Shown in pieces: positions 1-12,377 of a stretch of 64,000 nt of DNA; within the stretch, counting starts at the first letter, position 1; every line of letters begins with the position of its first letter. Below the pieces are notes generated by a model that did no database searches, was not told the origin of the DNA, and saw nothing but the letters and a program-made list of their open reading frames with translations. Position numbers and translations under genes: made by a program. Origin of the DNA: Gammaproteobacteria bacterium (GTDB lineage Bacteria; Pseudomonadota; Gammaproteobacteria; Natronospirales; REEB76); the NCBI GenBank assembly GCA_049591615.1, contig JBAWFD010000078.1, positions 5,340 to 69,339 on the forward strand, given 5' to 3'.

Positions 1-35
1 GCGCCGATGACCTGTACGATTTTTCCGGAACTCAT
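1..35 (-). CDS. atpD: F1 ATP synthase beta subunit, first 11 codons only (gene runs off the window start)
   Basis: Reverse complement of 1-35 reads ATG AGT TCC GGA AAA ATC GTA CAG GTC ATC GGC GC = MSSGKIVQVIGA, the conserved AtpD N-terminus. It lies directly downstream of atpG in the atpIBEFHAGD order. Confidence 0.8.
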   Translation of the reverse strand, partial: MSSGKIVQVIG

Positions 36-87
36 GATTTCATCCTCGATTCAAAAATACTTTTGTTAATTTCTGCCAAATGAGTCT

Positions 88-948
88 TCAAACCGCCGCT
101 GCACCGCCGACGATCTCCGCCAGTTCCTTGGTGATAGCGGCTTGCCGCGCCTTGTTATAAACCAGCTGCAGAGAGTTGATCAGGTCACCAGCGTTGTCCG
201 AAGCGGACTTCATGGCCACCATGCGCGCTGATTGTTCGCAGGCGATATTTTCAACCACGCCCTGGTAGACCTGCGATTCCACGTAGCGTGTGAGTATGCT
301 ATCCAGCAATTCACGTGCTTCCGGTTCGTAGATGTAATCCCAATGAGCTTGCAGCTCCGGGTCCTCGATGCCCTGGACCGGCAGCAACTGGGTCACAGTC
401 GGCTTCTGGCTCATGGTATTAACGAACACATTGTTTACCAGAAACACCCGGTCCACTTCACCGGCGCGATAGGCATCCAGCATGACTTTGACGGTGCCGA
501 TCAAATCATGCACATGCGGGGTGTCGCCCAGGTGCGTCGCCTGGGCTAGCACCTTGCCGCCCACACGGCGGAAGAACGCAATGGCCTTAGCGCCCAGGAT
601 GCAGAAATCCGCTTGCACCTGCTTACCGCGCCAGTCACGCAGCGCCAGGATCGCAGCCTTAAACAGGTTCACGTTCAGGCCGCCGCACAGGCCGCGATCG
701 GTGGCGATGATAATGAAACCCACGCGCTGCACCGGACGCTCGAGCATGAATGGATGCCGATACTCGGGATTGGCCTTGGCCAGATGCCCGATCACCTTGC
801 GCATCTTCTCCGCATACGGGCGCGACGCCGCCATGCGCGTCTGCACTTTGCGCATCTTGCTGGCCGCGACCATCTCCATGGCCTTGGTAATCTTCTGGGT
901 ACTGCGGATGCTCTTGATCTGCGTCCGGATTTCTTTCGCGCCTGCCAT
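88..948 (-). CDS. atpG: F1 ATP synthase gamma subunit
   Basis: 286-aa ORF starting [34 protein letters not shown], the conserved AtpG N-terminus. It lies between atpA and atpD. Confidence 0.95.
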   Translation of the reverse strand: MAGAKEIRTQIKSIRSTQKITKAMEMVAASKMRKVQTRMAASRPYAEKMRKVIGHLAKANPEYRHPFMLERPVQRVGFIIIATDRGLCGGLNVNLFKAAILALRDWRGKQVQADFCILGAKAIAFFRRVGGKVLAQATHLGDTPHVHDLIGTVKVMLDAYRAGEVDRVFLVNNVFVNTMSQKPTVTQLLPVQGIEDPELQAHWDYIYEPEARELLDSILTRYVESQVYQGVVENIACEQSARMVAMKSASDNAGDLINSLQLVYNKARQAAITKELAEIVGGAAAV

Positions 949-974
949 AAATTAATTTTCTCTCGATCCTTGTC

Positions 975-997
975 CCCTCTCCCCCTGCGGGAGAGGG
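975..997 (-). repeat. REP-like GC-rich hairpin between atpA and atpG
   Basis: CCCTCTCCC (975-983) pairs with GGGAGAGGG (989-997) across a 5-nt loop and is followed by a G-run. It resembles the gggagaggg-type extragenic palindromes common in proteobacteria. I saw a single copy in this window. Confidence 0.5.
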
Positions 998-1013
998 CAG
1001 GATGGGGGGTTAA

Positions 1014-2555
<1,542 letters not shown>

Positions 2556-2585
2556 GATCGTAATCCTTGAAGTTCTCGTATCTGT

Positions 2586-3131
2586 CTATTGAATGATGGC
2601 CGCCGCCAGGCGGGATAATTTTTCAAGTACTGAACCATCGATCACCAGATCGCCGGCGCGGATGACGGCGCCACCGATGAGTGTGGGATCGGTCACACAG
2701 GTCAGTTTTATATCGCGCCGGAGTTTCTGCTTGAGGGCCGTATTGATGCGCGCTTGCTCGCCGGCATCCACGCGGGCGGCGGCGCGCAATTCCACTTCCA
2801 CTACATTCTCCGCCTGTTCACGCAAGGCCGCGTATTCCACGGCGATTTCCGGCAGGATTGGCAAGCGCTGGTTTTCAGCCAATAGCTTCACAAAGTTGCT
2901 GGCATGCGCGTCGGGTTTATGCCCGGACTTGCTGCACAGTTCCAGAAATACCTCGGCGCGTACAGCTGCCGGGATCCGCGGATCACCCAGCATCACCTGC
3001 GCCTCGTGGTTGCGCGTAAAGCCAGCCAGCAGTTTCAGCAGTTCACTCCACTGTTCTGCTTGTTGGTGCTCGCTGGCAAGTTCAAAAACTGCCTTAGCGT
3101 AAGGGCGCGCGAGGGTGAGAGTTTCTGCCAT
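2586..3131 (-). CDS. atpH: F1 ATP synthase delta (OSCP) subunit
   Basis: 181 aa; N-terminal LARPYAKAVFELA matches the delta-subunit signature. It lies between atpF and atpA. Confidence 0.9.
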   Translation of the reverse strand: MAETLTLARPYAKAVFELASEHQQAEQWSELLKLLAGFTRNHEAQVMLGDPRIPAAVRAEVFLELCSKSGHKPDAHASNFVKLLAENQRLPILPEIAVEYAALREQAENVVEVELRAAARVDAGEQARINTALKQKLRRDIKLTCVTDPTLIGGAVIRAGDLVIDGSVLEKLSRLAAAIIQ

Positions 3132-3145
3132 GGGATAGCTGTCAG

Positions 3146-3619
3146 TTAGTGAATCTGCTGCGCCAGATCGTCCAGCAGCGCCTTGTGCGCCTTGGGATCA
3201 ATCTCGCGCGAGAGGATGCGCTCGGCTGCCGCCACTGCCACATTCGCCACTTCGGTTCGCAATGCAGTCTTGGCACGATTCAGTTCCTGCTGAATCTCGG
3301 CCTTGGCAGCCTCCACCTGACGCTGGCGTTCCGCCTGGGCTTGCTTGCGGGCTTCCTCCAGGATGGAAGTGGCCTGCTGGTTGGCTACTTCCACGACTTC
3401 GGCGCCCTTGTCGCGCGCTGTGTGCAGGATCTCGGTGGCTTTCACCTGGGCCTGCTCCAGTTCCTGCTTGCCACGCTCACCGGCTGCCAGGCCCTCGGCT
3501 ATCTTGCTGGCACGCTCGTCCATGGCCTTGGTGATGTGCGGCCATATGAACTTCATAGTCAGCCAGATGAACAAGCCGAACGCAAAAGCTTCCGCGATCA
3601 ACGATGCATTAATATTCAC
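3146..3619 (-). CDS. atpF: Fo ATP synthase subunit b
   Basis: 157 aa with one N-terminal TM helix ([15 protein letters not shown]) followed by a long charged helical stalk. Operon position fits. Confidence 0.9.
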   Translation of the reverse strand: MNINASLIAEAFAFGLFIWLTMKFIWPHITKAMDERASKIAEGLAAGERGKQELEQAQVKATEILHTARDKGAEVVEVANQQATSILEEARKQAQAERQRQVEAAKAEIQQELNRAKTALRTEVANVAVAAAERILSREIDPKAHKALLDDLAQQIH

Positions 3620-3657
3620 GGTCGTTCAACCTCGATGCGTACGGGAGACAATCGACA

Positions 3658-5185
<1,528 letters not shown>

Positions 5186-5277
5186 GAGCTGCGCTTCCTG
5201 AATATAAAAAAGCCACGTCGTTACCGGATTGGCAGCGGGTGGCGGCTCCAAAAGCCCCTGCTTGTGGAGAGCCGTGT

Positions 5278-5306
5278 ATATTAACGGGCTAAGCGGGTAT
5301 CTTCAA
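5278..5306 (-). promoter_or_regulatory. Candidate sigma70 promoter of the atp operon
   Basis: The minus strand reads TTGAAG-N17-TAATAT (-35 at 5301-5306, -10 at 5278-5283). It lies in the 108-nt gap between parB and atpI. Confidence 0.45.
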
Positions 5307-5359
5307 TGAATTTAAGGCGGGAATAACCGCTAAAAATGGCCATACAAGAACGGTTCGCA

Positions 5360-6259
5360 TCAGCGGATGCGTGTCAGGATGCCGTCCAGTTCGTCCAGGC
5401 TGGAATAATGGATGATGAGCCGGCCCTTGCCGCCGCTTGCGGTTTCCACATTGACCTTGGCCCCGAGTTTCTGAGTGAGCTCGGTTTCCAACTGGCGGAT
5501 ATTGGGATCCACCCGTCGAGACCCTTTGACGGGGCTGCCGTGTTCCTTGAGCAAACGTCGCACCAAGCTTTCTGTTTCGCGCACTGAAAGGTGACGGGCC
5601 ACCACCCGCCGGGCAGCGTCGGTCTGGGCAGCGCCTTTGAGCGCCAGCAGTGCCCGTGCGTGGCCCATCTCCAGATCACCACGCTCCACATGATCCTTGA
5701 CCGCATCGGTGAGTTCCAGCAAGCGCAGCAGGTTGCTGACGGCGGCGCGCGAACGACCCACGGCTTCCGAGGCCTGTTGGTGGGTCATGTCGAATTCACT
5801 GATCAGCCGCTGCAGAGCCTGGGCTTCTTCCAGAGGATTGAGATTTTCTCGCTGGATGTTTTCGATGAGTGCCATGGCGATGGCGGTCCGGTCCGGGACA
5901 TCGCGCACCACCGCTGGGATCTGATGCAGGCCCGCCATCTGCGCAGCCCGCCAGCGACGTTCACCGGCGATGATCTCGTAGCGGCGCGGGCCCGCGGATT
6001 GAACCCCGCCCAGATGAGTGTTGGCCGGCCGCACCACGATGGGTTGCACCAACCCCTGGGCCTTGATGGAGTCCGCCAAATCCTGGAGGCCTTCCGGATG
6101 CATGTGCATGCGCGGCTGAAATTTCCCGGGCTGAATCAGATCCACTGGGATATCGCGCATCTCCTCGGAGCCGGCATCCGTGTCCAATGCAGGCAGGGCG
6201 CCGCCCAGCAGCGCGTCCAAACCACGACCCAAGCCTTTGCGTTTCGCCGCCACGTTCAC
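5360..6259 (-). CDS. parB: Chromosome partitioning protein ParB (Spo0J)
   Basis: 299 aa with the N-terminal KRKGLGRGLDALLG box, GERRWRAA arginine patch and an HTH region. It overlaps the parA stop by 4 nt. Confidence 0.95.
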   Translation of the reverse strand: MNVAAKRKGLGRGLDALLGGALPALDTDAGSEEMRDIPVDLIQPGKFQPRMHMHPEGLQDLADSIKAQGLVQPIVVRPANTHLGGVQSAGPRRYEIIAGERRWRAAQMAGLHQIPAVVRDVPDRTAIAMALIENIQRENLNPLEEAQALQRLISEFDMTHQQASEAVGRSRAAVSNLLRLLELTDAVKDHVERGDLEMGHARALLALKGAAQTDAARRVVARHLSVRETESLVRRLLKEHGSPVKGSRRVDPNIRQLETELTQKLGAKVNVETASGGKGRLIIHYSSLDELDGILTRIR

Positions 6260-7074
6260 GCCTCCCCTGAAGAGCCGGAGATTGTAGCAGCAACGCCGGA
6301 AACTGCGCCGTGCTGTTTTTCCCTGCGCAGCATTTCGCCAGCCAATGCCAGATAGGCAAGTGCGCCACGAGAAGTAGCGTCATGCTTCAGAGCCGGCAGA
6401 CCGAAGCTCGGGGCCTCTGCCAACCGCACGTTGCGCGGGATGACAGTGTTGTATACCTGCTTGCCGAAATGTTGTATGAGCTGCGAGGACACCTCGTTGG
6501 CCAGGTTATTGCGCGGATCGAACATGGTGCGCAGCAGGCCCTCGATCTGCAACTGCGGATTAACCTGCCTCAGTCGCTCGATGGTGGACATCAGGGCCGA
6601 AAGCCCTTCCAGCGCATAGTACTCGCACTGCATGGGAATCAGCACGCTGTCCGCGGCCACCAGAGCATTCACCGTCAACAGGTTGAGGGAGGGTGGGCAA
6701 TCGATGAGTATGTAATCGAAATCAGCGCGAATTTCTGCGAGTGCTTCCCGCAAACGGCTCTCGCGGCGCTCTGCATTGATCAAGCCTACTTCGGCGGCAG
6801 TCAGATCGCTGTTGGCTGGTAGCAGTTTGATGTCGGCGGCATCCAGGTTGACGAGCGCATTGCGTATGCGAGTCTCGCCCATGATCACCTCATAGGCCCC
6901 ATGCGCGAGCGCGTGCTTGTCTACGCCGCAGCCCATGGTGGCATTGCCCTGGGGATCCACGTCCACCAGCAGCACACGGCGCTTGGTAGCGGCTAGCGAA
7001 GCAGCCAGATTCACGGCGGTGGTGGTCTTGCCGACGCCGCCTTTCTGATTGGTGATGGCAATGATGCGGGCCAT
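6256..7074 (-). CDS. parA: Chromosome partitioning ATPase ParA (Soj)
   Basis: 272 aa with the deviant Walker A NQKGGVGKTTT. Confidence 0.95.
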   Translation of the reverse strand: MARIIAITNQKGGVGKTTTAVNLAASLAATKRRVLLVDVDPQGNATMGCGVDKHALAHGAYEVIMGETRIRNALVNLDAADIKLLPANSDLTAAEVGLINAERRESRLREALAEIRADFDYILIDCPPSLNLLTVNALVAADSVLIPMQCEYYALEGLSALMSTIERLRQVNPQLQIEGLLRTMFDPRNNLANEVSSQLIQHFGKQVYNTVIPRNVRLAEAPSFGLPALKHDATSRGALAYLALAGEMLRREKQHGAVSGVAATISGSSGEA

Positions 7075-7153
7075 TTAAATCAGTCTATGGGAAAGTGTTG
7101 TGAGGTGTGAGGACTAAAAATAAAACCTATAAATATTCTGATCATCTCGCATC

Positions 7154-7783
7154 CTAACTCTTATGGATTTCCACAACACAGCGTCGCGCTTTTAGCCCCG
7201 GCACCGTGAGTGGATGCACTGTTGCTTGGTACCTGGCCGGCAAGGCCTGTAATTCACCGGCCGGTGATTGGCCTTTCATGGCCAGAAATGCCGCAAACGG
7301 TTCGCCAAGATGACCGGCCAGCCGCATGAAATCAAGCAGCGATGCGAATGCGCGGCTGATCACGGTAGCAAACAGCTCCGCGGGACGATAGTCCTCGGCG
7401 CGCGACTGCACTACTTCCACGTTCCGCAGGCCGAGTATGGTTATCGCATGGGTTACAAAGCGGGTTTTCTTGGCCTGACTGTCCAGCAACACAAACCGCC
7501 GGTCTGGACAGACCAGCGCCAGCGGGATGCCGGGCAGGCCGGCACCGCAAGCCACATCCACGATGCGTTTGCCCTGCAGGTACGGCAGGACGCTCAGGCT
7601 GTCCAGCAGATGCTTGCTCAGCATGTCCATGGGAGCGCGTATGGCGGTGAGATTATAAGCAGAATTCCATTTATCAAGCAGCTTGATGAAATCCAGCAGC
7701 GCCTGATCCGCCCCCGGTGGTATATCTACATGTAGTTGTGCACAGCCGCGCGCGAGCTGCGCCTTAAAGTCGGCGGATGTCAT
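7154..7783 (-). CDS. rsmG: 16S rRNA (guanine527-N7)-methyltransferase RsmG (GidB)
   Basis: 209 aa with SAM-binding motif VDVACGAGLPGIPLA and the conserved position upstream of parA. Confidence 0.9.
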   Translation of the reverse strand: MTSADFKAQLARGCAQLHVDIPPGADQALLDFIKLLDKWNSAYNLTAIRAPMDMLSKHLLDSLSVLPYLQGKRIVDVACGAGLPGIPLALVCPDRRFVLLDSQAKKTRFVTHAITILGLRNVEVVQSRAEDYRPAELFATVISRAFASLLDFMRLAGHLGEPFAAFLAMKGQSPAGELQALPARYQATVHPLTVPGLKARRCVVEIHKS

Positions 7784-7807
7784 GAGCCGCGCATCGGAAA
7801 ATAACGA

Positions 7808-9604
7808 TCAATAATGAGTGGTAGGCGGCGGCACCACGCGTAGCACTTCTTCCACCGTGGTCACGCCTTCGGCTACCTTCTGAGCGCCGCGCAGACGCAA
7901 GGGTTTCATGCCGGCACGCATGGCTTCTTGACGCAGGGCATCCATGTCGAAATCGGCAGTGATGAGCCGCTTGATGGCCGGCGTAAACCCCAACATTTCA
8001 TAGAGCCCGATGCGCCCTTTGTAACCGGTGTTGCGGCACTCCAGGCAGCCGATGGCGTTGTATACGCGCTTGGGATTCTGTGCTTTCCACGGTGCCACCA
8101 GGCTGTCCCATTCATCATCGCCGAGCTGCGTCTCCTTCTTGCAATGTGGACACAGGGTGCGCACCAGACGCTGCGCGATGACCGCTAGCAGCGTCGACTG
8201 CAGCAGAAAAGGCGGCACCCCCAGATCCAGCAGGCGGCTGATGGATGTCGGCGCATCGTTGGTATGCAGCGTGGATAACACCAGATGGCCGGTGAGCGAA
8301 GCCTGCACCGCCATCTCGGCGGTTTCCGCGTCGCGGATCTCACCGATCATGATGATGTCCGGATCCTGGCGCAAAAGGGTGCGCACGCCGCTAGCGAAGG
8401 TGAGATCGATATTGGGCTGGACCTGCATCTGGTTGAGCGCTGGGTCCACCATTTCGATGGGATCTTCCACCGTGCACACGTTCACATCCGGTTTGGAAAG
8501 CTGCTTGAGGGTGGTATATAAAGTGGTGGTCTTGCCGGAGCCGGTGGGGCCGGTCACCAGGATGATGCCGTGCGGATTATCGATCATGCCCTGCCAGAAT
8601 TTTTCATCCGTTTCCGATATACCGAGCTCGCGGTAACTCCGCAGTAGCACCGTGGGATCGAAAATGCGCATCACCAGTTTCTCGCCGAACGCGGTCGGCA
8701 TGCTGGAGATGCGCAGCTCTACTTCCTGGCCGTTAGTATTGCGCGTTTTGATGCGCCCGTCCTGCGGACGGCGTTTCTCGGAAATGTCCATGCGTGCCAG
8801 GATCTTGATGCGGCTGGTGACCGGCGTCAGCACCGCAATCGGGAATTGATAGACCTGATGCAGCACGCCGTCGATGCGGAAGCGGATCAGACCGGCTTCG
8901 CGGCGGGGCTCGATATGGATGTCGCTGGCGCTCTGGTCAAAGGCGTATTGCAGCAGCCAATCGACGATGCTGACCACATGCTGGTCATTGACGTCGAGCT
9001 TGCCGGCGCGGCTCAGTTCTATAAGTTGTTCGAAATTCTGGATGCCGGTGGCGGCGTTACCAACATTCTGGCTCTCGGCGCCGATCACCGAACGCGAGAT
9101 GGAATAGAACTCCACCAGATAGCGTGAGATGTCATCCGGATTGGAAAGCACGCGCCGGATCTTCTTGTGCTGGATCTGGTTGATCTCCCGCTCCCATTCG
9201 CGTTCGTAGGGTTCGGCAGTGGCCACCACGATCTCATCTGCTGTGACTTCCACCGGCAGCACTTTGAAACGCGAGGCATAGCCCTGGGAGATCACGCCGG
9301 TGATGCGGCGCATGTCGAGTTTCAGGGGATCGATGCGGAAATACGGGATCTTCACCTTCTCAGCCAGCCACACGGTTAGGCTCTCGACGGTCAGCGGCGT
9401 ATTCGGGTGGCGCGCATCCGGCCAGCCGCGTTTGCCGATCACCGACAGTGGATGCTGATCGTCGTAAGAACCGCGTTGTGCAAGACCGCGTAACAGAGCG
9501 ACACGCTCAGCCGTGAGCATGCCGTCGGCTTCCAGCCAGACGAGCACCTCCAGCAACGGCAGCTTGCGATCAGGCTCGTTTTTAAGCGGGCGCGGACTGG
9601 ACAT
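7808..9604 (-). CDS. GspE/PilB-family secretion or pilus assembly ATPase with a T2SSE_N-like N-terminal domain
   Basis: 598 aa. Motifs: Walker A GPTGSGKTTTLY, Asp box VEDPIE, Walker B PDIIMIGEIRD, His box GHLVLSTLHTNDA, and the tetracysteine motif CPHC...CLEC. Confidence 0.85.
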   Translation of the reverse strand: MSSPRPLKNEPDRKLPLLEVLVWLEADGMLTAERVALLRGLAQRGSYDDQHPLSVIGKRGWPDARHPNTPLTVESLTVWLAEKVKIPYFRIDPLKLDMRRITGVISQGYASRFKVLPVEVTADEIVVATAEPYEREWEREINQIQHKKIRRVLSNPDDISRYLVEFYSISRSVIGAESQNVGNAATGIQNFEQLIELSRAGKLDVNDQHVVSIVDWLLQYAFDQSASDIHIEPRREAGLIRFRIDGVLHQVYQFPIAVLTPVTSRIKILARMDISEKRRPQDGRIKTRNTNGQEVELRISSMPTAFGEKLVMRIFDPTVLLRSYRELGISETDEKFWQGMIDNPHGIILVTGPTGSGKTTTLYTTLKQLSKPDVNVCTVEDPIEMVDPALNQMQVQPNIDLTFASGVRTLLRQDPDIIMIGEIRDAETAEMAVQASLTGHLVLSTLHTNDAPTSISRLLDLGVPPFLLQSTLLAVIAQRLVRTLCPHCKKETQLGDDEWDSLVAPWKAQNPKRVYNAIGCLECRNTGYKGRIGLYEMLGFTPAIKRLITADFDMDALRQEAMRAGMKPLRLRGAQKVAEGVTTVEEVLRVVPPPTTHY

Positions 9605-9654
9605 GGCTCCAGTGTAGTCAAAAGCCCCGTAGCCTGCACGGCAGGCCTATAACC

Positions 9655-11283
9655 TCAGGGCTGCGCCAGCAGATGGTCTGGATCGTCGAGCTTCAGACTG
9701 CTGATTTTGCCGGTTTGGATATCCACCATCGCGATGCGGTTGTGGTCGGTATCGGCCACATATACATAGTCGCCGGCTACGCTCAGTCCACCCGGCTCGT
9801 CGAACTCCTGGTTACCGCCTGCGAAGGTGGTCACACGCCGGGTTTGTGGGTCTAATATTTTGATCTTGCTGTTGTAGGTATCCGCTATATATAAGCGCCC
9901 GGCATGCCAGCCGATGCCGAGATCGTGTTGCAGACGCACCGTGTCGCCGACGCCATCCACGTCGCCGAAGTCGAACAGACCGGTACCCACCAGCGTGCGC
10001 ACCTGTGCCCCGGGGTCGAACCCGACCTGGCGCACGGCGCTGGCTTCCGGATCGGCCACATACAAAAACTTGCCGTCAGTGGTGAGTCCGCTGGACTGCG
10101 CGAAACTTGCCTGCGCCAGTGAACCGTCATCAATGCCTTCCTGGCCGCTACCGGCGTATAAATTGATGGTGTTCGCCAGTGGATCGTAGCTCCACAACTG
10201 ATGCTGGCCAGCCATGGCAATGTACAGCAAGCCACCATGGAACAACACCGCCCAGGGTGTATTCAGTTCCGCGGTACGCGCCGGCATAGACGTATCGGTC
10301 ATGTAGATGCGAGTACCGTCACCGGCCACGGTTGTGACCGTGCGTTTCGCAAGATCGATTTTGCGGATCGCATTATTGTCGGTGTCTGCCACATACAGTG
10401 TATCAGGACCGGCTAATGTTATGCCTTGGGGGTAATGGAATTGTGACAGTGCGTAATCGCCATCCCGCAATCCGGGTTTGCCGTCGCCAATCACCGCCAG
10501 AACCTTACCAGTAAGTGTGGTCACCACGATACGGTTATGGTTGGAGTCGGCGATGAACAGCCGGTTATGCTCCGCGTCCGCCAGCACTTTCCCGGGATAC
10601 AGTAAGGTGGTCTTGGGCATCTCTACATGGATGCCGCTGAACCACATCGGTTTGGCATTGATCAAACCCTTGGCGCTGAATTCTTTGACCAATGAGCCGA
10701 TAACTTTGTTCAGCAAATCATACTGGCCTTCGCCGGACACTTGGCCGACGACGTTGCCGGCGGGATCGATGAGCGTGAGCGTGGGCCAGCCTTCCGCACC
10801 GTACGCATTCCAGATCTGCATGTCCTTGTCGTTCACCACCGGATGGTCGATGCCGTAGCGCAGCACAACCGCTTCGATATGTGCAGTCTTGCGCTCGGTG
10901 GCGAACTTGGCGGAATGCACGCCGATGATGACCAGCTTGCTACCGTAATTCTTTTGCAGTTTCTCCAAATCGGGAATCACATGGAAACAGTTGATGCAGC
11001 CGTAGGTCCAGAAATCCAGCAGCACTACCTTGCCGCGCAGTTCCTGGAGGGTGACCGGCCGACCGCCGGTGTTGATCCAGTCGAGTCCCGTTGGAAACGG
11101 CGGCGCCGGCTGCTTGCCGGCCAGTGACGGCATATCCGCTGCTACTGACAATGGCAGTGCATTGAGGCCGGTGGCCCAATGCAGACCGGCGACCATGACA
11201 CCTGCGAGCACTGCCAAGGTAGCGGCAATCGCGATTCCGCGAACGATTTTCACTTTGAGACTCCCGGTAAAAGTCAGATGCAT
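9655..11283 (-). CDS. Thioredoxin-like (redoxin) domain fused to NHL-repeat beta-propeller, membrane-anchored
   Basis: CxxC motif WTYGCINC, followed by repeated NHL-type blades (LFIADSNHNRIVV, LYVADTDNNAIRKI, LYVADPEASAVRQV, LYIADTYNSKIKIL, VYVADTDHNRIAMV). The longest ORF starts on GTG at 11307; I used the first ATG at 11283. Confidence 0.75.
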   Translation of the reverse strand: MHLTFTGSLKVKIVRGIAIAATLAVLAGVMVAGLHWATGLNALPLSVAADMPSLAGKQPAPPFPTGLDWINTGGRPVTLQELRGKVVLLDFWTYGCINCFHVIPDLEKLQKNYGSKLVIIGVHSAKFATERKTAHIEAVVLRYGIDHPVVNDKDMQIWNAYGAEGWPTLTLIDPAGNVVGQVSGEGQYDLLNKVIGSLVKEFSAKGLINAKPMWFSGIHVEMPKTTLLYPGKVLADAEHNRLFIADSNHNRIVVTTLTGKVLAVIGDGKPGLRDGDYALSQFHYPQGITLAGPDTLYVADTDNNAIRKIDLAKRTVTTVAGDGTRIYMTDTSMPARTAELNTPWAVLFHGGLLYIAMAGQHQLWSYDPLANTINLYAGSGQEGIDDGSLAQASFAQSSGLTTDGKFLYVADPEASAVRQVGFDPGAQVRTLVGTGLFDFGDVDGVGDTVRLQHDLGIGWHAGRLYIADTYNSKIKILDPQTRRVTTFAGGNQEFDEPGGLSVAGDYVYVADTDHNRIAMVDIQTGKISSLKLDDPDHLLAQP

Positions 11284-11338
11284 AGCATCTAGACACGCGC
11301 CATGCACTATTTATTACGCATTTGAACAGAAAATGGTT

Positions 11339-12328
11339 TCAGGCATCCGGGATCAATACCGCCGCGCCGTTCAGCCGTCCGGCCCGCAAGACCGCCAGCG
11401 CCTCGTTGGCGTCGGTCAGCGCATAGGTCGTCACCGAGGTGTGTACCGGCCAGCGCGCGAGCGCCTCCATGAACTCGACCCCATCGTGCCGCGTGAGATT
11501 GGCCACCGATCGCAACAGTCGCTCGCCCCATAGAGTCGCATATGGAAATTCCGGGATGTCGCTCATGTGGATACCGGCACAGACCACCGTGCCGCCTTTC
11601 GCCACTGCGCCGAGCGCGACCGGCACCAACGCGCCGACCGGTGCGAAGATGAGCGCCGCATCCAGTGGTTCTAGCGGCGTCTCATCGGAACCACCGGCCC
11701 AATGCACACCCAGCTCCCGTGCGAAATCCTGGCCGGCGGTGTCACCGGGGCGTGTAAAGGCATACACGCGCCGCCCCTGCTCAACGCAGATCTGCGCTAG
11801 CACATGGGCGGCGGCGCCGAAACCGTAGAGGCCGATGGCTGAGGACTCGCCCGCCAGCCTAAGTGCCCGGTAGCCGATGAGTCCAGCACACAGTAATGGT
11901 GCGGCATGCGCATCATCGTAGCTCTGCGGCAAGCGCAGACAGTAACGGTGATCGGCGAGCACGTAGTCAGCATAACCACCATCGCGGTCGTAGCCGGTGA
12001 ATTTCGCCTGATCGCACAGGTTCTCGCGCCCGCTGCGACAATACGCACACTGGCCGCAACTGCCGGCCAGCCAGGGGACGCCCAGGCGCTCGCCCGGTTT
12101 GAATCCGCCCACCCCGGCGCCCACCGCCGCCACTCTGCCAATGATCTCATGGCCAAGAATCAACGGCAGTTTGCCGTGTGCGAGTTCACCATCGACGATA
12201 TGCAAATCCGTACGGCACACGCCGCAGGCCAGCACTTTGAGCAGCACTTCCCCGGGTTCGGGTTTCGGCACCGGCAACTGGTGTTTAAGCAGCGGTCCAC
12301 CACGCTGCTCCAGTACCATGGCAGTCAT
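11339..12328 (-). CDS. Zinc-dependent alcohol dehydrogenase family oxidoreductase
   Basis: 329 aa with CGVCRTDLH and GHEIIGRV zinc-ligand motifs and a structural-Zn Cys cluster CGQCAYCRSGRENLC. Confidence 0.85.
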   Translation of the reverse strand: MTAMVLEQRGGPLLKHQLPVPKPEPGEVLLKVLACGVCRTDLHIVDGELAHGKLPLILGHEIIGRVAAVGAGVGGFKPGERLGVPWLAGSCGQCAYCRSGRENLCDQAKFTGYDRDGGYADYVLADHRYCLRLPQSYDDAHAAPLLCAGLIGYRALRLAGESSAIGLYGFGAAAHVLAQICVEQGRRVYAFTRPGDTAGQDFARELGVHWAGGSDETPLEPLDAALIFAPVGALVPVALGAVAKGGTVVCAGIHMSDIPEFPYATLWGERLLRSVANLTRHDGVEFMEALARWPVHTSVTTYALTDANEALAVLRAGRLNGAAVLIPDA

Positions 12329-12377
12329 GTGTGGGGGTACGTTCAGTTTGCGGTTCCAGATATATGCTGCGCTCGAG

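Noticed and set aside
310-317. parS and DnaA-box search near parAB/atp (for example TTCACGTG at 310-317; CGTGGATAA at 8270-8278)
   Set aside because: I found only half-site or single 8/9 matches, all inside coding sequence. There is no full TGTTTCACGTGAAACA-like palindrome and no cluster of TTATCCACA boxes. I make no origin or centromere call.
9433-9604. MshEN-type c-di-GMP-binding motif in the N-terminus of the GspE-like ATPase
   Set aside because: LLEVLVWLEADGMLTAERVALLRGLAQ only loosely follows my recollection of the 24-residue MshEN motif (RLGxxLLxxGLIxxxxLxxxLxxQ). The register is off by one and the leading RLG is missing. This is not enough to claim binding.
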